A DNA stretch of 64,000 nt from Eledone cirrhosa. Lineage: Eukaryota. The stretch spans positions 43,028,001 to 43,092,000 of the forward strand of contig OZ024743.1 of assembly GCA_964016885.1 (NCBI GenBank). The letters are read 5' to 3'. A model generated the notes under the pieces. The model saw only the letters and a program-made list of their open reading frames with translations, did not search any database and was not told the origin of the DNA. The position numbers and the translations under genes were made by a program. Positions 53,301 through 64,000 of the stretch are shown here, piece after piece; position 1 is the stretch's first letter; every line of letters begins with the position of its first letter.

Positions 53301-56215
53301 AATTAAGTTTCCAGTAACCGGGACCCTGTTTATGTATTTTCTCGAGATTGACTACGCAGGTCACTAATTTGTGATCCGTGTAGCCAACCGTGCGCATTTC
53401 TGGACAGCTTAATATGTCCCTATCCTTTCTTCTAACTAAGAATCTATCTAAGTACGATCTAGATTGACCACTGTGGTTTCTCCAAGTCTAGGTAGGCACA
53501 GTTGGAAAATCTAGTCGATATCTATCGACCAAGTTAAAACGGTCGAGTAACCCCTTGAGGCTGTTACACCCCAATCTATTAGGACATGCTCCTGCATAGT
53601 CCCAACGTGCATCTAGGATGTCATTCCAATCCCCCGCTAGAAGCAGGGAATGCGACGTTCCCAGAAAAGTCTCCAAACGCTGGAAGAAGTCGGGCCGTTC
53701 AGCTCCGAAAGGGGAGTAGACGGCGACCAGTCTCAAGGCCGCACTTTCACTACTGCCAACGTCTAGCACCAACAAACGACCCTCCGGGTCCGAGTGCACA
53801 ACCTGTACGGCAAGACCCAAGTGTTTTTGCAGCAGTACGACAACCCCACCCCCACCTCCAGGTGGACAGAGAGATGCATGCACCTCAAAGTCATCGAAGG
53901 TGGGAGCCAGCTGCCGCACGACGCTGATTCGAGTCTCACAGATAACCATTACATTTATACTACATGACCTGAGGTCATTTAGAAGCTTTTCTTGCTTCCA
54001 AGTTGAGCCAAGGCCACGTGCATTCAAACATCCTACTCTTAACACATCCATGTGGGCGGCAGAGCCAAAGGAGAGTGTAGAGACCTACCTTTCCGCTTCC
54101 CGGGGTTCGGGTTGCACGACTTCCATGGGGTCGGGGGTGTTGGGTGAAGGGGTGTCTTGTGGTGGTGTGGGGTCGTCAGTGTGTGGTGGGGTTGGGGTGT
54201 TTGGAGTTGTGTTGGGGAGGGGAAGGGGAGGAGGAAAGCTTTTTAGTAGGACGCGGTTTATGGGTTTGACAGAGGTTGGTCCTACGTCCTCCTTAAAATC
54301 CTTTTTTAGTTTCTGGTAGAGGTTCATTGGGTATCTTTATTAATTTTAAATGTGGGTAGTTTTCTGAAGAAACAAAGTTTACACCTTCGGTTTGTACCGA
54401 AGGATTATTGTATATGAGTTCATTTAATTTATTATTGTTTCTGTTGATGTAAGTATAGTGTAATGTCTTTTTTTCGGATGGTGTGAGTGTTTCGAAGAGG
54501 CGAGGGGCAGGTTTGGTTTTGTTTGTTGCTGGAGGGGTGTTTTCTGTTTTGTTGGATTGTGTTGAGATTTGGGTGGGGGTTGTTTGGCTTTGTGTGTTTT
54601 GCACATGTTTTCTTTTTTTCCTTTTAATCTGTCTGAAGGACTCCGTTTCTTCCTCCGAATTCGTTGGGTTATCTTCAGTGCTGGAGGGAAGAGGTATGTT
54701 TGCTGGTAATGTTTCCGTGTTGGTTTTCTTTGTGGGGGAGATGGATGTCACTATGTTAGACTGTGTTGTGTGTAGTGTCTGCGGTGGTTGTGTTGTTTTA
54801 TTGAGTGAGAGGTTGGGTGGGCCTGTATTTTGTTTTGGGGTAATGTGTTGTGACTGTTTGTGTTGTGGTGGTGGTGTGGTTTTACTGAGGGACGGGTTGG
54901 GTGGGACTAAGTTTTGTTGTTTGTTTATCTGTTGTGGTGGTGGTGGCGGAGCTGGTGTTGGGAGCAGGGTTTTCTTTTTGTTGAGTTGGGGACAAGCGGC
55001 CTTCAGGTGCCCTCTGCCTGCACAGATATGGCAGGACGGCTTTCTCCCCTCCACGCTAATGTGTATATACCCGTGGCCCTCTAATAGGATTCTGTCGGGT
55101 ATTTGGGCGATGCGTTCAGGCTTCATTTGCACTACCAGCTCTATACCTGTTCCACTGAACGCATTGCCTGTGGTTTTCCCAATGGAAATCACGTTGTCAT
55201 TCACTGGATCGATGAAGCCAGCTATGAGCCAGCAGTAGTCCACATCTGGCATCATTGCATCCAGCCATATGCGTTGAGTTCTTTTACCCATATAAGATGG
55301 ATAAAAGGTAAAAAATTTCGAACGAATCGGTGACAAAGCACATTTTTTTGCCGCCGATTCGTTCTTCATGATAATTGCTAGGCTTCCATACAGTCTGTCT
55401 TTTCTTATGAAAGTGGTTTCATTAACTACTTCTGTGAGTACTGTTTTGATATCTGCTTGAGAAGGCTGTTCAGGTTTATTTGTACTGTTGTTGATGGTGC
55501 GGAACTTGACCGTTCGGCTTTCAATGTCTTTGGTGAATTCTTGAGGCATTTTTACCGATAAAATACCATTCTCTCCTTCACTTATGTATTGTTTGGCGTC
55601 TGTGATTCTTCGTGCCACATCTGAAATATTTTCCGGTATATAAGTCAAAGATTTCTTTGTTGTCTGTGCAAATGAAATCTTGTCGTCTGCTTTGCTTTCT
55701 GTTATGGTGTTATTTTCAAATGTTATTTTTGTGTTTGTTGTGTCTTTGTTTGTGTTATTAGTATTGTCATGCAATTTTTCAAATTTTTTTTTTCGTTGTT
55801 GGAATCCATGTCCAGATTTGTGTTTTCGTCATTTTTTTTCTCCGCAGATTCGTCTGTTTTTATTTTAATTTTTCCTTTCTTCTCTATGACGTTAGTTGGG
55901 AAGGAAGGGGGGACTAAAGCGTGCGAGCTTACAACTCTTACCGCTGTCCCCCCACCACTATTTTCGTTCGCTGCGTTTAACATTTCTGTTAGACGATTGA
56001 CATTTTTTTGTCACAATTTTTTTTTTAAAACAGGTTTTTCACCTCTAGGAGGGGTAAAGATGAGCTGACCCACCGCCTGACAGTTCAGACGGGGGGTCAA
56101 GCTACACAATTGTATCAAAATTAAATTTGAACTCACAAAATTTCCGCAATAAATTTGAACAAAACTTCTGCGCGAAGTGAATTACATCCACACTGTAGAA
56201 CAGACGACAGCTAGA
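50400..56215 (-). mobile_element. Tx1-like retrotransposon, copy D (full length, few lesions)
   Basis: ORF1 54085-55983 (GRKPSCHICAGRGHLKAACP), ORF2 50614-54051 (AYTDDV, CPRCVRHEETVAHALVQC); (GATA)n on both sides. Confidence 0.96.
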
Positions 56216-56217
56216 TT

Positions 56218-56218
<1 letters not shown>

Positions 56219-56312
<94 letters not shown>
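56219..56312. repeat. (GATA)~23 tract at the 5' junction of copy D
   Basis: Directly visible, pure repeat. Confidence 0.98.
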
Positions 56313-57851
56313 TTTAAATTATCATATATATATTAGGTAGTAGCAACACGCTAAAACACAAAATATTGCCGTAAAGAATGACAGACCAAAGATTCAACAC
56401 ATCCATGGCAGTGAGAGCGCATGCCATTTCTCTACACCTATGATTTCCCCGATAGAATCTGTAAGGATAATAATTCATATACTCGTAGCTCCAGTTATTT
56501 CACATTGCTCCTTGCGGGAAGATACATAATTCTAGACTGGAGGTTTATTTGCTTTTCATGCCATACTCAATAGACAGCAGAAACCCACCCTAAATATATT
56601 GATTTGGGGAGACGTGTAGATGTCAGTGATACCCAAAAATATCGAGGGATAGGATGCATACGGAAAGTACTTAAAGGTTGTTTTTTTATCACAATTCAAT
56701 CATAAGTCATTATTAGATTGTTCAAATTATTTTGAAAATAATCAGGAATGTGGAGGGATTTAGCAACTCAACTGACTTTCACGTTACTTTATTTGGAGCA
56801 TCATTTAACTTAGATAAAATATAATAGAAGATTTGCAGATGAAACATATATTAAACAGATATTTTAAAATATATACCCTCGTATTATGCAATCAATAGAG
56901 GCTGCAGGGGGTGTTATACCAACCGATCTAATCATCTTCGCTTCTTCGCCATAACTGATACAGTCAGGCCTCGACGAAACTGTTTATAGTCATAAATATA
57001 ATCGTGTTATATGTGTTTAGAACCAGCGTATGACCTTGGAATCATATTTTCTATTGTTCATATTTCTGTAAATATATGCGTCTCTGTAAATATGTATATA
57101 TGTGTTTATGTAGCAGCGTCCTCTACCGTGTCTACTTGTATGTGTTATCGCTTTATATCTCGTAAGTAATTGGATTGTCAAATGAAAATTGACAAATTAA
57201 GTATCACGCAGAAATATTTAATATCGCGCGATTTGATAAACACTTAAATCTGGTATTCCAAAGATGCAATCCAATAACTAAAATAACTAAAGCATTACTA
57301 AAGCAAATATAAATTAATTTAAAAGCCATCTTATGAATCATTGTCAAGTGTTTATTTCGTGATCCTAAACGTTCTGTATTCAAAAACACGTTTTATCAAT
57401 ACTTATTTTTTACTATATTTTAATATATTCGCACATGAATCTTGATTTAATGAATTAATTGTCGGGGATATAATGATTGAGGATTTGTTTAATATACTAT
57501 ATTGCTGGAAAATGTTTCGTGAGTGCAGAAAAAAGATCCATATAAAATCTGCTAACACACATTAATACCGAATCGATTTACACTAAATATATATTTCTAA
57601 TCTCGGTTCATAATTCAGTAACAGATTTATGCTATTTTGAGAGGTGTTAGTTGGTAAGTTCCCATAAGAGACTCAGGGTAATACATTAATCGTAATTACC
57701 ATTTGCCATTAACTCTATCTGTCCATTCCACTAAATTTTAAAGTCTGCTTTAATTGATTTGTCGATTAGTAATTGTACTCAGTTCGAAAATTTCATTGGA
57801 ATTGATCGTAGTTGCAAACGCCTAAGTAGTAATTTCAAATTCGAACAATCG

Positions 57852-57937
<86 letters not shown>

Positions 57938-57992
57938 CCACACACATACACACATACATACACACACACACATATATATATATATATAATAC

Positions 57993-58023
<31 letters not shown>

Positions 58024-59228
58024 TAGAGTACGGACGGTATTTGAGAACAGATTTATGGTTTAAAAACACGCTTATATAGTAAGAGAAAAAAACGGTATTC
58101 TTATAAAAATAACATAAACATAAAGCTAAATTATCAATTTAATAATTTCACTCAATAAAACCACCATAAGTAACAAAACTGCCTCTACACGGGGTCGAAA
58201 TCATTTGCAAGCTCGGGTTAAGTGGTCCTTGTTCATATCGGACATGACTAGAATTATGGCGGCTTTCAAAGAATCTTTAGTGCTATGGGCGTGTTCATTG
58301 ACATTTTTGTCAACGATGCTCCATACATAGTCCAGTGGATTGAGATCTGGAGAAATAGGAGGCCAAATGTTGGGGGAGATGTGATCATGCAAATTGTCAG
58401 CGATCCATTCTTGTGTCATGTGAGTCTTGTGTGATGGTGCAGAATATTGTTTAAAGACATAAGGCCCTACATTGCATACACTGTTGATCCAAGGCATAAC
58501 AACTTTTTCCATATCCTCAATATACGCAGCAGCTTTCACCCTAAGGCCTTGTGGAAAAAAATGAGGAGGCATCACATGCCCTTCATTGCTAACAACACCC
58601 AAAACCATGACACTTGCAGGAAATGTTGTATGCATTGCTCTTGGAGCCTCAGAAGGGTCTGCACATAGCCACCTATCATTTCTTCTGTTAGTTTGATGGT
58701 CCTGGTCAAGATTTTTCTCATCTGAGAAAAACCAAATCACACCATCTTCTGATGGATTTTAAAGTTTGTTTAAAATCTTTTGGATCTGATTTTGGATCTT
58801 TTGTTTTTTGACATGAATTGACCTCTCCTTATCACGTAAGATTTGTATCTGATATCTTCATGCACAACATTTCTGATTGTTTTTTCTAACACACCAACAT
58901 TATTTGCCTGTGACCTCATTGAATTTCCTTCATTGTCATCAATGCTTTGCTTAACTTCCTGAATGAATTCAGGTGTCCTGATAGACTCAGAGCGTTTCTC
59001 TAATTCACACCGAACCTTGTGGACAAAAGATCTTGCAACTTTCAGAAAACCAGAAATGTCTAAATCCCCATGCTTACACTTCAAAGCCACAATCACAGCA
59101 TGCCTTTTCATTTCATAGTAATTTTCATAGTAATTTTCATTGTTATTTTCTGAAATGGAAGTTCAATAAAAATTATTCAAATAAAATAATGACTAAAAAT
59201 GCATGTGTCCTGAAATACCGCCCGCACG

Positions 59229-59231
<3 letters not shown>
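58024..59231 (-). mobile_element. Tc1/mariner-superfamily DD37D (maT-type) DNA transposon, inactive
   Basis: FFSDEK...QYSAPSH-(37 aa)-D in WPPISPDLNPLDY (second Asp mutated to Tyr); N-terminal part at 58770-59111; imperfect ~26-bp TIRs at 58024-58049 and 59206-59231. Confidence 0.92.
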
Positions 59232-59280
<49 letters not shown>

Positions 59281-59285
<5 letters not shown>

Positions 59286-59400
59286 CGAGTTCAATCCGGG
59301 GTAACCACAATAAGTAAGATACTCAATACAAAGCAGAGTATAAATATTTAATATCTAATACAGAAAAGGCTTCTACACGACTAGAACTGTAGAAGCCTTT
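59281..59400 (-). mobile_element. Truncated copy of the 14160/26450 pLTR
   Basis: GGTAACCACAATAAGTAAGATACTCAATACAAAGCAGAGTAT matches 14186-14227; breaks inside hammerhead stem III. Confidence 0.75.
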
Positions 59401-59404
59401 TCTA

Positions 59405-59548
<144 letters not shown>

Positions 59549-59610
59549 TTCGTTTCTGAATTTGTTTAGCAAGATTCTTTATCTGAAATCGTGTGTTGAA
59601 ACCGATATTG

Positions 59611-59769
59611 TTATACTTTGGGAGGGTCATGTTGCCAATAAGAAACACACGCACCAGTGCTTTCACTTCTATTTATTATAATAAATTTATAAATTTATTA
59701 TAATAAATTGAAGTGAAAGCTACTGGTGCGTGTGTTTCTTATTGGCAACATGACCCTCCCAAAGTATAA
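59611..59769. repeat. Near-perfect spacerless palindrome (~79-bp arms)
   Basis: Axis between 59689 and 59690; one mismatch and one 1-bp indel. Confidence 0.95.
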
Positions 59770-59999
59770 AATATATATATATATATGACCTCATTTAACA
59801 AGTAGCGGTACCTAGTTTATTAGGAAATAACAAGACGTTCAAAATTCCAACTATACACTGTTTATTATTATAACTATCTGGCCTCGAGCCGTCAAAAATG
59901 ATGGCTAATTGTAATATTTCATATATAAAAATGGTACAAAACCAAGGTTTTAGTTTAATAATTCTTTTATTGGAAAGTGTTTTGTGAAAAATCTATCCG

Positions 60000-61284
60000 C
60001 AACTATCTGCCTTGACTGCTTGTTTACTTCAAAGGAAATTTTAAGTTATTCTTCCTTCTCGTACGACTTAAGGCCAAATAAAGCTAGCCGTGAGTTTATA
60101 CGGTAACTGGAAATTAAACACCAACTTTTTCAAAGCCCTGTCCTTGCGATTTATTTATAGTCATGGAAAAAGCTAGTATCACAGGTAACTACCGTCTGCT
60201 CATATTGACGGGTAAATGTTTCACTCGGATGCAGATCAACTCATGGCATGAAAGCTTCGTTTTCTGTTTTACTCCCAGCAATGATTTTTGCTTGAATATA
60301 ATATTCGTTAGAATATAAAACCAAAAACAGAGTACTATTCAGCAAGCCATTAGCAGGGTTCGAATTTTTCAGCAAAATCACAAAGGAATTCTTCTTCAGT
60401 TCTAGATTGTATTAGGCATTCTTGACAGCATCAGAGAATTCCAAATCTCTTGCGGATCATTCATGATATTCTTGTCACTTTCGTCAACCAACACTTTGAC
60501 ATATCTGTAAGTCTCCATCTAGAAGTGATAATATATTGGTATTCAGTTCAATTTAATCTTTTTTGTTTGGTGTTAAAATAATTTTTGTCGAAATTTCATC
60601 AATATCGCCTATACTTCCTACAGGAATGTCGTCGCGAAATACGTCTCTTATCAAATTTCCAGATGAAATCATTCTTTCAGGTATTTCTATTAGATCTTCA
60701 TCTAATCCCACATCAATAATGACTGTTCCATTTACTAAGCTAAGAAGCCATGCACCGAATACTTCTTGTGCATTTATTCACATATTCTCAGTTAAAGTAA
60801 AAAATGTCACATCTGTCCACAGATGTGAATATTTGATAGAAGATTGAATTATAGCAGCATTCGGCCCTCTCTGAATAACCGGTGCTGTTTGTCCCCTCCA
60901 AGGAGACCTTTACCGCCGAAAGGCTTATGGCAGTAGATAAATGAACCTCAATGCATTTCCTGAAAGCATTGAGGCCTCATCAATTATTACTAGGTCAGCT
61001 TATTAAAATGTTTCAGAGCGCTGTGATGGAATCTTTATTAGTGATGTAGAAGTTTCCAAGAAAGGGACTGGCAGCTTAAAGCCATTGTGTACAGTTCTTC
61101 CGTGGTGCAATAGATCAGCCACAATGCCTGTTGCAGCAAAAAAGAGAACGCACTTTCCATGAAGACTCGAATGCGATATCAACGTATTGTAGAGGTACGT
61201 TTTTCCTCTACCACCAGGGCCATCTAAGAAAAAGGAATCTGTTAGTTCGGTGTTCTTCATCAATAGCTGTGACCATTTGATCAA
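60000..61284 (-). mobile_element. Helitron RepHel PIF1-helicase fragment, decayed
   Basis: FFLDGPGGRGKTYLYN, ATGIVADLL..GRTVH..FKLP; downstream FSMTINKSQGQ at ~60135-60170. Confidence 0.88.
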
Positions 61285-61439
61285 ACAGACGACACTAATT
61301 GTCAGTCAAAGAGGGAATTGTGCTTTCATCCAAGGTCGACTTGGTTTTGTTTTACATTCTGGGCATTCATTAAAAGTCTATCAACAATCGGAAGATGCAA
61401 CTCTCGGCATGTCAAACCTTTCAAGGACAATGTTCCTTC

Positions 61440-61770
61440 AATTGGAACAGTATTTTAGACGGTAGCTCGGACTGTGTGGGAGTTGCTGATAGGAGAGAGA
61501 GGAATACAAAAAGCCTCAGCTACTTGCTCAGCCATTTCCAACTGTCTGACAGGTACCGACTAGATTTCACTAATGCGCCAGCGTGGACCTGGCGCAACCG
61601 CATAGTGTCATCTAGATCGTATATAGATGTTTTTCATTTGGTCAATAGATAAGAATAGTATAGGTTGTCCACAATTTCAAACGGTCGCTTATTCAGATCA
61701 CAAGTTTATGATCTGTATGGTCGACCGAGATAAGACATGCAGGTTAGGACTTGGTAACTGGAAGCTAGAA
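61440..61770 (+). mobile_element. Isolated APE fragment of the same Tx1-like family
   Basis: WNSILD..FQLSDRYRLDFTNAPAWTWRN..SRSYID, CPQ..VAYSDHK..GNWKL, collinear with copies A-D. Confidence 0.85.
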
Positions 61771-62839
61771 ATAACGAGTGACAAAAATACACAAGCTCAG
61801 TGTTACCTACATTTGTATTGTTTTAGCGACATATAAATTCAATTCTAAAAATGTTTAGGAAATGAAAATGTACTATAGCACGATTACTTAATCAGCAGAT
61901 AATTGAAATATGTCTTTATTAAACAAGGTAATGGCACACTGCTCCTTAATGTACTACACATAGTAGCCACATTTGATTGAATCACATCATAGTAAATTAA
62001 ATACCAAAAGGAAAAAAACTAGAATATGTAATCTCAACATGATCCGAACAACCAGAATGGATAATTAATTTTGGCATATATTTGATTATCCGTTTGAACA
62101 GACACAATGAATATACAGCGACATTAAATGTTATATAGGTCATCCCAGTCCGTAAAAATGAAACTTGAATGTTGATAAGAACAATTACTAAAGATGCAGG
62201 TAGCGACGGAAAATGGCAGGAATCAGATTATGCTATATAAAATGAAAATTTGAACATGTGTGTATGGCCTGAAGAGACGATGGCGTTGATAATTCGTATG
62301 AATTCTTTCACATCTCATACACATATACTGGAATGATCATATCTATAAGGGAGTTATTAAAGTTTTATAAATAGAAATGAAATTAGCCGTGAACTAATTT
62401 TATGCAAGAACCATACAAAATCATACATTATTAAATCTTCATTCCAACCGTTTTACAATTAATATATTTGATAAATATATATTCATTAACATATGAGATA
62501 AAATATAAACATATATTTTATCAACTAGATATTCCATAACACTCTTTATATCTACAAAAGCATTCCTAACGTAGCAATTTTTCTTTTTCCAGAAGTGAAT
62601 ATAAATGTATATACGTAGTAATGAACCTATTCAGAATTACCAGGCATAGGCAAACATTTTTTAAAATCTCATATTAACTTTAAATAAATGTATGTTTTGA
62701 TAGATCATGTTTAGTTAGACTTTAAATAAATGTATTCACGAGATAGCTCATGGAAACTAATATACAATGAGCTGGTTTATGAACACATGTAGAGGTTTTA
62801 CTGATGAAAACATCATTATAGAGAAGGAGAGTTAAGACG

Positions 62840-63350
62840 AATAAGATATCAAATTCTGAATTTGCTGACGACATAATTCTGGTGACAAACACAGTGAAGG
62901 ATGCAGAGGAGTTGATGCAGGGGTCGAGACTGTGTCCATGAGTGTGGGACTGAGAATGAATGAGCTTATGACGAAGTATCTGGTAGAGAACATTAAGAAG
63001 CCAGAGAAGATTATGAATGTAGGCGGGAAGCCGCTAGAATTGGTTGCGGACTTCCTCTATCTGCGAGAAAAGACTGGGAACACACAGGGTGGTGTGGTTG
63101 ACAGGTAGAGGAAAGCCTGGTTTTAGAGGAAAGCGTGCCACAGTTTGTGATCGTAAGGACGTGAAAAACCGTCTCTTCGCTGCTACAATGGAGTCTGTAC
63201 TGCTGTACGAGTCTGAGACTTGGACACTGACCAAGAAACTCACTCAGATGGTGGATGGGTACTACACGAGAATGCTGAGGATGGCTCTGAACATTAACCA
63301 GTATACAATGAGGATAAATAACTCAGATCTGTACCGTCTTCTTCTCTGGT
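62840..63350 (+). mobile_element. RTE-clade LINE RT fragment
   Basis: EFADDIILV near 62860; LFAATMESVLLYESETWTLTKK..DGYYTRMLRMALNI. Confidence 0.82.
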
Positions 63351-63443
63351 GACACCGTTTCGCAGCAAGGAGGGCAAATAACTTCTTCGTGACTCATAAG
63401 GAATTCTACGAAGGTGGCGAGAGCACTTTGATGATCTTTTGAA

Positions 63444-64000
63444 TCAGCCGTCTGTCGTCAGTGAAGACTTCCTCAAGCCACATGAGCCTCGTTTACACCC
63501 TTTCTGCTCAATGGGAAATAGGTCATTTGTTATCAGGTGGTCATATGTGTATTCAGTTAGGACTGATGTTAAAATGTTATACATTGTGGTCAAGCAAGTT
63601 ATCGGTCTGTAATTTTTGGGATTGTTTGTCTCATCATTCTTCGGAAGCAGGAATGTAATGCCGTTAACTAGCCATGATGGTACCTTTTCTGGCTCCTTAA
63701 CTATTTCATTGTAAAGTTGGGCTAATAGCTCATGAGACTCTGTGAAGTCATTTATCCAAAAGTTTTGTATTTTGTCTTTTCCTGGGGATTTCCATTTGCT
63801 GGTTTTTCTTAGAGCAAAGCGCAACTGTTCAACTGTTATATTTTCCCATATTTGTTCCTCAAGGTGAGCTGTATCTTTCATTTGTCTGTCTATCCGTGGG
63901 GCATGTATGTTATGAACTTTTTCTTCGGCCCAGATCTTTTCCCAGAATTCTTGCACTTCCTCCTTGGGTGGTATTGATTTAGCAGTTATTGTTGACTTAC
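63444..64000 (-). mobile_element. R4/Dong-clade non-LTR retrotransposon RT fragment (runs off the window)
   Basis: FWEKIW, WKSPGKDKIQNFW, GITFLLPK, PKNYRPITCL, EQKGCKRGS. Confidence 0.85.

Noticed and set aside
43044-55238. Long plus-strand ORFs over the Tx1 copies
   Set aside because: Antisense shadows of C/A-rich low-complexity ORF1 and GC-rich ORF2.

Overview
AT-rich, repeat-saturated eukaryotic DNA, most consistent with an octopod cephalopod (inferred from the SINE family and the (TA)n/(CA)n density). I found no supportable host exon; almost all short ORFs in the track are microsatellite translations or antisense shadows. Four things stand out. (1) 34.25-56.3 kb holds four diverged, near full-length Tx1-like (L1 group) retrotransposons stacked head-to-tail on the minus strand, with a (GATA)n tract at all five boundaries, which points to a (TCTA)n-targeting family. 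(2) In all four copies the ORF1 stop sits inside a 5' splice-site consensus (AG|GTRRGT, with TAA, TAA, TGA, TAG stops) and the ORF2 stop is a CTGTAG|GT acceptor-like site, so ORF2 may be a removable intron. (3) 17.6-26.5 kb is a nested inverted-repeat structure centred on a palindromic array of ~465-bp units, each carrying a minimal type-I hammerhead ribozyme (retrozyme-like), with each arm fused to a 5'-truncated Penelope-like element (PLE) segment. (4) About ten hammerhead motifs from at least five unrelated repeat families occur, several preceded by an octamer and/or TATA motif. The rest is tRNA-derived SINEs, a DD37D transposon, and Helitron, RTE, R4/Dong and CRE-like fragments. All RNA structures were folded by eye and none of the functions is tested.
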